Positions 26,714 through 32,000 of a stretch of 32,000 nucleotides of DNA are shown in pieces (positions within the stretch are counted from its first letter, which is position 1; each line of letters opens with the position of its first letter). Location of the stretch: contig NC_000918.1 in NCBI RefSeq assembly GCF_000008625.1, positions 840,001 through 872,000 on the forward strand, read 5' to 3'. The stretch comes from Aquifex aeolicus VF5. Lineage in GTDB: Bacteria > Aquificota > Aquificia > Aquificales > Aquificaceae. The position numbers were made by a program, and so were the translations under genes. The notes beneath the pieces were generated by a model. The model saw nothing but the letters and a program-made list of their open reading frames with translations, did no database searches and was not told the DNA's origin.

Positions 26714-27727
26714 TCAGTAAATGGAGATTCTCGTTTCTTTTCTTTCCATGTAACCCTTTCTGAGCTTGTAGCCCTCTTCGGGGTAAAGACCGTAGAAGAG
26801 GTTCTGGACGTGGTTCCCTTCAACGAAGAAGCACCACCTTTCAATGGCACTTCCCGCAAGGATAGATAGGTATATCAGAACCAGAAGTGGCAGGTTAACT
26901 ACGTCCGTAACGTAGATGTATATGAGGAGGAAGAGCGGAATTACGAAGGTAAAGAGATAAGCCAGAGGTATGAACGTGGGAAGCATTTGCTTTCCTTTTG
27001 CGTAATAAAACTCGGTGGTACAGTAGTTGTCTGTGGTGGAGCTCTTGTCTATAACCCTTATGGATCTGTTGTGGGGAAGGTTGAGTGCTTCGTTGAGGGT
27101 GGGTCTCTTTATGTAAAACTGCCTTACGTTAAAGGCTATCCTGAACCCGAGTCCGAGGAGTACGAACAGGAACGTCAGGAATAAGAAAGTTCCTGTGTAG
27201 GGAAGGTTGTAGAAGTAAGAGATTATCGTAAAGGCTGAAGAGCCCAGCATTAAGTACATGAGGAGGTAGTAAATGACCGTTATTCCCGTGTTCCACTCAA
27301 GGACAAACTTGTTGGAAGCGTAAATCATAGCTGTGGAAAAACCGCTCAAGATACCTAAAATCCACGTAATTATCCCGAAGGTGTGTTCGAGGAAGGGGGA
27401 AACTTCAAAGTATTTGAGTACCAAGTAAATGAGGAGAGTAAATCCGTAAGCTCCGCTAAATACCGCTTCTCTGGAAAGCCAAGAGGTGTTGAAACGCTTT
27501 ATTGCCTTCCAGGCTCTCAGTTTGTGTCCAAGGTGGAAGGAGGCTCCTATCGCTCCCGCACCTATGAGGATTAAGCTAATCACTCCAGAAACTAAAACTA
27601 CTTCTTTGGGAAGTCCCTGCCCTTTTCCGAAGAGGGTTAAAAACTCAATGAAGTAAGTGAAAATGAAAAGACCTATTGAAGTTCCGGCCGTGAGGAAAAA
27701 GAATATCAAGGAAATCGGCGGGTGCAT
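26714..27727 (-). CDS. NrfD/PsrC-type integral membrane anchor subunit of the molybdoenzyme complex
   Basis: 337 aa with 8-9 TM helices and an AGGAGG SD. Follows the 4-cluster FeS subunit gene. Confidence 0.8.
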   Translation of the reverse strand: MHPPISLIFFFLTAGTSIGLFIFTYFIEFLTLFGKGQGLPKEVVLVSGVISLILIGAGAIGASFHLGHKLRAWKAIKRFNTSWLSREAVFSGAYGFTLLIYLVLKYFEVSPFLEHTFGIITWILGILSGFSTAMIYASNKFVLEWNTGITVIYYLLMYLMLGSSAFTIISYFYNLPYTGTFLFLTFLFVLLGLGFRIAFNVRQFYIKRPTLNEALNLPHNRSIRVIDKSSTTDNYCTTEFYYAKGKQMLPTFIPLAYLFTFVIPLFLLIYIYVTDVVNLPLLVLIYLSILAGSAIERWCFFVEGNHVQNLFYGLYPEEGYKLRKGYMERKETRISIY

Positions 27728-27742
27728 TTCTTTACCTCCTTT

Positions 27743-28507
27743 TTATGGTAATTCTTCAGAATGTGTTACTTCCTCTTGAGGTGTTTCCTGTGCTTGAGCC
27801 TTTGAAGAGGTGTGGTGTCTCCTCATAACTTCCAGGAAGAGCGGGTTGTCGGGCTTTAGTATGTGCTTTTCAAACTCTTCAAGGTTTATCCTCGTTTCCT
27901 GTCTCGGGAGGTAGTGGTTTGCCGGGTTCGTTCCCATATCGGGGAAGAGGACAAATCCGTTTCTTTCCTTAATGAGTTTGTAAACCTCGCTGTTTGGGTC
28001 TTCTATGTCTCCGAAGAACCTCGCCCTCGCGGGACAAGTGAGAACGCACGCGGGCTGTCTGTGTTCGGGAGGAAGTGTCTCGTCGTAAATCCTGTCTATA
28101 CAGAGGGTACACTTCTTCATTACCTTGTCCGCCTCGTCAAACTCCCTGCAACCGTAAGGACATGCCCAGGAACATAGCTTACAACCTATACAGTCGTCGT
28201 AGTTCACGAGAACTATTCCGTCCTGTTCCCTTTTGTAGCTTGCTCCCGTAGGGCAAACGGGAACGCAGGGAGCGTCCTGACAGTGGAGACATGATTTTGG
28301 AAGGTGAAAGACCTGCGTTTCGGGGAACTCTCCCGTTTCGTAAGTGAATATCCTGTTGTACCAGACTCCTGAAGCTTCCCTTCCGTAGGGGTCGTAATCG
28401 GATAAGGGCCCGAAAGCCGCCTGAGTGTTCCACTCTTTGCAATTCGTCGCACAGGCGTGACAACCAACACAGGTGTTCAAATCTATAACGAGCGCGTACT
28501 GAGGCAT
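27743..28507 (-). CDS. Four-cluster 4Fe-4S electron-transfer subunit (PsrB/DmsB-type)
   Basis: 254 aa. CVGCHACATNC, CLHCQDAPCVPVCP, CIGCKLCSWACP, CTLC...CVLTCP. AGGAGG SD. Confidence 0.9.
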   Translation of the reverse strand: MPQYALVIDLNTCVGCHACATNCKEWNTQAAFGPLSDYDPYGREASGVWYNRIFTYETGEFPETQVFHLPKSCLHCQDAPCVPVCPTGASYKREQDGIVLVNYDDCIGCKLCSWACPYGCREFDEADKVMKKCTLCIDRIYDETLPPEHRQPACVLTCPARARFFGDIEDPNSEVYKLIKERNGFVLFPDMGTNPANHYLPRQETRINLEEFEKHILKPDNPLFLEVMRRHHTSSKAQAQETPQEEVTHSEELP

Positions 28508-28519
28508 TTTTACACCTCC

Positions 28520-31369
28520 TTAAGGTTTATACCTGAGAACGTCAACCCACCTCTCCTTTATGTAAGGCAGAGGCTCTACTTTAAACTCGGGATAAGTTTC
28601 GGGTGTTTGATCTTCTGCTTTGTAAACTCTGACTTTCGTGTCAAACCAGGCAAGGTGTCCGGTTATCGGGTCTCCGTAGTAGAACTCTTTTCCGTTCATC
28701 TTTATGGAGTGGGGAATTACGTGGTTTAGAAGGAATCCCTGATGTCCTTCTTCCGCTTCGGGTTTTAATCCCCAGGCTCCTATCATCTTACCTATGGCGT
28801 TCCAGGTCCATACGGAATTGGGCTCCGTGCACTCGGTAAGGAATACCTGACACTTAACCCTTCCTATTCTCGACTCTACCCATACCCAGTCAAGGTGCTT
28901 TATTCCGAGCTTTTTAGCGGTTTTTGGATTCATGTAAAGATAGTTTCTCGTTGATATCTGCCTGAGCCATGCGTTTTGAGAGTCCCAGGAGTGATACATC
29001 CACTGGGGTCTCTTTGTAAAGGCGTAGAGGGGATAATCTTTTCCGCTGACTTCTTCTTCAAAGGGCGGGTACCAGAAGGGTAGCGGGTCAAAGTACCTTA
29101 CGAGCCTCTCCCTGATTGCCGGGTCGTTGGGAGGTTGATTTTCCCCTTCCCAGAGCCCCTGACCCGCGAGTCTAAACTTTTGTAGTGTTTCCACGTAGAA
29201 GTTCATTATTATCGGGTCCGTTCTCTTTACGAACTTCACGCTCTTTGCCCACTCAAGATAATCCTTGTTAACGTGCCTGTAATACCTCATGTGTTCGGGA
29301 AGTGGGTAGTAGAAGAATCCTTTATTCTTTGCGTACATCTCAAGCTGGTTGGGATTGGGTTCACCTACGAAGTGTTTATCGCCATTCTTTCCTCTCCATC
29401 CCGCAAGTGCTCCCACTCCGGGTTGAGGTTGCCAGTTTATGAGGAAGTCTTTCCAATCTTTGTACTTAGGTGTTCCGTCCTCATTTAAGAATCCCGGAAG
29501 TCCCAGCTTCGTTCCCAGTCTTACCATTACCTCTCCCCACGGGAGCACGTCCAGTTTTTCACCTTTGAGGTCCTGCGGTTCCACTATGGGTTGTCTTATG
29601 GCGTCAACGGGTCCCGATGCCACGGAAGGCGGTCTGTCCAGAAGTGAGAGTGCGAACCACTGTTCTAAGTAGGTGGCGTCGGGTAGAACTAAATCGGAGT
29701 ATGCAACCATTTCACTGTAGAAAGCGTCTATCGTGATTATCTTTGGGATTATGTAGTTTCCGCTGGCATCTTTTGCGGTAAGGGCCTCCAGTATGTAGGG
29801 AATGTTCTGGGAGGAGTTCCAAGCCATGTTAGCCATGTAAATCATAAGAACTTCTATGTCGTAGGGATCCTTCTGGTATGCCGCGGGGATTACGTTCTGT
29901 ATGCAACCGTGAGCCGCTATCGGAAACTCCCAGCTGTAAGCCCTGTCTATTCTTAAGGGATTTCCTTTCTCGTCCACGAGGAGGTCGTCAGGGCTTTGTG
30001 GTATTCCGAGGTGAGGTCCGTAAGGTTTTCCAAATTCAAGTTCATCAAGGGATTTTATCTTCTTGGGTTTGGGTAGGTCTTCTATGTGTTTGGGATAGGG
30101 TGGTTTTGCGAGGTGTCCGCCGGGTCTGTCTATGCAACCTAGGAGCATCATAAGGACAAATACAGCCCTTGCGGTCTGGTATCCGTTTGTGTGGGAAGCT
30201 ATTCCCCTCATTATGTGGAAGGAAACTGGTCTTCCCACCATCTTCTTGTGCTTTCTGCCCCAGACGTCTGTCCACTCTATCGGGAGTTCTATGGGGTTGT
30301 AAAGAGCCGTAACACCGAGTTCCTTTGCTATTCTCTCTATCGTTTCCGCAGGAATTCCTGTAATCTTTTCAACTTTTTCGGGCGTATAGTCCTTAACAAT
30401 TCTTTCTGCGAAGATATCAAAGGCGGGTCTTACCTTGTATCCTTCTGGCGTTTCAAATTCTCCTATAAACGCGGGATCAAGGTCCTCGGGAACTATCCTG
30501 TCTGCGGGTTTGAAGGAGTTGGACTTTTTGTCAAATACCATGGGCTTTCCTTCTTCATTCCTGTAGAAGAGTCCGTCCTTGGGTGTTCCAGGTGCTTGAA
30601 TTACGAGCCAGGGGGCGTTCGTGAACTCTTTCAAGAATTCCCAATCTATCAGGTTGTACTTAAATAGAACGTGTGCGAGGCCTAAGATAAAGGCTCCGTC
30701 CGTTCCGGGCTTTATGGGAACCCACTCGTCTGCTATCGCCCCGTAACTCCACCTTACAGGATTTACGAATACGAACTTTCCGCCTCTTCTCTTTAATTCC
30801 TGAATTCCGAGCTTAAAGGGATTAGAAGCATGGTCTTCCGCAACACCAATCATCATGAAGTACTTGGTGTGCTCAAAGTCCGGGTCCCCGAACTCCCAGA
30901 AGGAGTATCCTACTGACATCAGTCCTGCTGCTGCAACGTTTACAGAACAAAATCCTCCGTGAGCTGCCCAGTTCAGCGTTCCTATCTGTCCTGCAAACCA
31001 GCCGTTTATGGCCTGCATCTGGTCCCTTCCGGTGAAGAAAGCGACCTTTGAGGGGTTTTTCTGAGCCGCTTCCTTAATCCACTTTGCTGCAATCTCTAAA
31101 GCTTCGTCCCACTCTATTTCTTTAAACTGTCCTGAACCTCTCGGTCCTACTCTTAAGAGGGGTTTTCTCAATCTTGCGGGGGAGTATTCCTTCATTATTC
31201 CGGAAGAACCCTTAGCACAGAGAACTCCTTTGTTAAGCGGGTGGTCGTCGTTTCCTTTTATGTATGTAACTTTTCCGTTTCTGACGTAAACTTCTATACC
31301 GCACCTGCACGCACACATATAACAGGTGCTGTAATACTTCCTTTCGTAAAAACTACCGCCTATTTCCAT
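28520..31369 (-). CDS. Molybdopterin (bis-MGD) oxidoreductase catalytic subunit, Psr/Phs/Sre-like, no Tat signal
   Basis: 949 aa from ATG 31369, with GGAGGG 8 nt upstream. N-terminal FS0 motif CYMCACRCG...LCAKG. Large DMSO-reductase-family body. The track's upstream extension to 31474 has no SD and adds non-homologous residues. Confidence 0.88.
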   Translation of the reverse strand: MEIGGSFYERKYYSTCYMCACRCGIEVYVRNGKVTYIKGNDDHPLNKGVLCAKGSSGIMKEYSPARLRKPLLRVGPRGSGQFKEIEWDEALEIAAKWIKEAAQKNPSKVAFFTGRDQMQAINGWFAGQIGTLNWAAHGGFCSVNVAAAGLMSVGYSFWEFGDPDFEHTKYFMMIGVAEDHASNPFKLGIQELKRRGGKFVFVNPVRWSYGAIADEWVPIKPGTDGAFILGLAHVLFKYNLIDWEFLKEFTNAPWLVIQAPGTPKDGLFYRNEEGKPMVFDKKSNSFKPADRIVPEDLDPAFIGEFETPEGYKVRPAFDIFAERIVKDYTPEKVEKITGIPAETIERIAKELGVTALYNPIELPIEWTDVWGRKHKKMVGRPVSFHIMRGIASHTNGYQTARAVFVLMMLLGCIDRPGGHLAKPPYPKHIEDLPKPKKIKSLDELEFGKPYGPHLGIPQSPDDLLVDEKGNPLRIDRAYSWEFPIAAHGCIQNVIPAAYQKDPYDIEVLMIYMANMAWNSSQNIPYILEALTAKDASGNYIIPKIITIDAFYSEMVAYSDLVLPDATYLEQWFALSLLDRPPSVASGPVDAIRQPIVEPQDLKGEKLDVLPWGEVMVRLGTKLGLPGFLNEDGTPKYKDWKDFLINWQPQPGVGALAGWRGKNGDKHFVGEPNPNQLEMYAKNKGFFYYPLPEHMRYYRHVNKDYLEWAKSVKFVKRTDPIIMNFYVETLQKFRLAGQGLWEGENQPPNDPAIRERLVRYFDPLPFWYPPFEEEVSGKDYPLYAFTKRPQWMYHSWDSQNAWLRQISTRNYLYMNPKTAKKLGIKHLDWVWVESRIGRVKCQVFLTECTEPNSVWTWNAIGKMIGAWGLKPEAEEGHQGFLLNHVIPHSIKMNGKEFYYGDPITGHLAWFDTKVRVYKAEDQTPETYPEFKVEPLPYIKERWVDVLRYKP

Positions 31370-31386
31370 TTTTAACCCTCCTGTAC

Positions 31387-31421
31387 TTCCATTTAGAATA
31401 AGTCTTAAACTTTTCCATTTA
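31387..31421. repeat. Direct repeat TTCCATTTA x2 (31387-31395 and 31413-31421) in the sre-like 5' leader region
   Basis: Exact 9-nt copies 26 nt apart, read directly from the sequence. Confidence 0.8.
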
Positions 31422-31441
31422 CAGTCACACTTTCTTAAGGG

Positions 31442-31470
31442 ATTATAAGCGAAACTTATGGGTCTTATAA
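31442..31470 (-). promoter_or_regulatory. Candidate promoter of the molybdoenzyme operon: TTATAA-17 nt-TATAAT (minus strand)
   Basis: The -10 TATAAT is the complement of 31442-31447 and the -35-like TTATAA is at 31465-31470. Both lie in the two copies of TTATAAGC (31443-31450, 31465-31472). The same boxes read TTATAA-17-TATAAG on the plus strand, toward the glycosyltransferase gene. Confidence 0.35.
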
Positions 31471-31497
31471 GCAAAAAGACGGGCTACCATATTCCTT

Positions 31498-32000
31498 ATG
31501 TTTTACATACTCATAATTCTTCTGGCTACTTTCTCGATGATACCGAACATAAATGAGTTTGCTTTCAGGTTTGAAGAAACCACCCGTGCGGTTGTAGCCT
31601 TTGAAATGTACCATTCAGGGAATTACTTTCAGCCCACAATTCTCGGAGATCCATACTACAACAAACCTCCTCTCTTTAACTGGTTTATTATTATTTCCTC
31701 CAAATTTTTCGGGTGGGACATTGTAACTGCAAGGGCAGTGAGTGTTTTCTTCACCCTTGCAAATGCCTTTCTTATTTACTTTTTTTCTTCGAAAGTCCTG
31801 AAAAATAAGGAAAAGGCTCTACTTTCTTCAGTGTTTTTTATTACCTTTGCTGACGTTTTATTCTGGTACGGGTGGCTTGCGGAAATAGACGTGACTTTGA
31901 GTTTCTTCGTCACTTTGTTGTTTATCCAGATTTACAAACTCTGGGAAGAAGGGAAACCCATTTATTACTACACTTCCGCGCTTTTGACAGGTTTGATTTT
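31498..32000 (+). CDS. Second ArnT/PMT-like GT-C membrane glycosyltransferase, N-terminal fragment (3' end outside window)
   Basis: Open frame from ATG 31498 to the window end; an in-frame TAA lies at 31468-31470. Translation is MFYILIILLATF...EETTRAVVAFEMYHSGNYFQPTILGDPYYNKPPLFNWF..., the same signature as the 17305-18801 gene. Confidence 0.75.
   Translation, partial: MFYILIILLATFSMIPNINEFAFRFEETTRAVVAFEMYHSGNYFQPTILGDPYYNKPPLFNWFIIISSKFFGWDIVTARAVSVFFTLANAFLIYFFSSKVLKNKEKALLSSVFFITFADVLFWYGWLAEIDVTLSFFVTLLFIQIYKLWEEGKPIYYYTSALLTGLI

Noticed and set aside
26721-26753. Nine-codon plus-strand mini-ORF (MEILVSFLSM) preceded by AGGAGG within the purine tract, antisense to the NrfD-like gene end.
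   Set aside because: The SD spacing is long (11 nt) and the ORF is tiny. The purine tract is more simply the complement of the pyrimidine-rich inter-cistronic spacer on the minus strand.
28520-31474. Longer start for the molybdoenzyme catalytic subunit (31474), and possible selenocysteine or frameshift recoding within it.
   Set aside because: ATG 31369 has a GGAGGG SD, and the FeS motif begins 16 residues later. The 35 extra residues carry no Tat motif. The reading frame is uninterrupted, so there is no in-frame TGA to suggest Sec.

Overview
Gene-dense chromosomal segment with the look of a hyperthermophilic Aquificae genome. My best guess from memory is Aquifex aeolicus or a close relative; I cannot verify this without a search. 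Proteins are rich in E/K/I/V/Y. Intergenic gaps are mostly 10-70 nt (largest 128 nt), and many adjacent genes overlap at start/stop codons.

I support 36 protein-coding genes (2 truncated by the window edges) and 2 tRNAs.
- 1-4081: a five-subunit-type 2-oxoacid:ferredoxin oxidoreductase operon with a Uma2-family nuclease gene wedged inside it.
- tRNA-Leu(CAA), then a small flagellar rod-binding-like gene pair.
- Housekeeping genes lysS, thiC, accA, fur, lysA, gltX and mnmA.
- A flagellar regulatory/export operon: pilZ-flhA-flhF-flhG-fliA.
- An operon of NIL-domain protein, ArnT-like glycosyltransferase and TPR protein.
- tRNA-Met(CAT) followed by a coiled-coil/zinc-ribbon gene.
- An archaeal-type S-adenosylmethionine synthetase, then an MFS transporter.
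- A minus-strand cluster encoding a Tat-less molybdopterin oxidoreductase (Psr/Sre-like ABC), followed by a 75-aa acidic protein and a PHP phosphoesterase.

I found no CRISPR array, IS element, rRNA or riboswitch-sized leader.

Most noteworthy:
1. The Uma2 nuclease gene is translationally coupled inside the oxidoreductase operon.
2. The acidic small protein plus PHP phosphoesterase forms an uncharacterised tail on the Sre-like cluster.
3. A repeated architecture: a -10-like hexamer sits 7-10 nt upstream of SD-less start codons at about nine transcription-unit-initial genes. This implies widespread leaderless mRNAs, while operon-internal genes carry strong GGAGG sites.
4. tRNA genes are fused almost directly to protein-coding genes.
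5. LysRS has an extra OB-like module.

I cannot say with confidence that any of these is a genuinely new system. All homology calls come from motif recognition by eye, not from searches.
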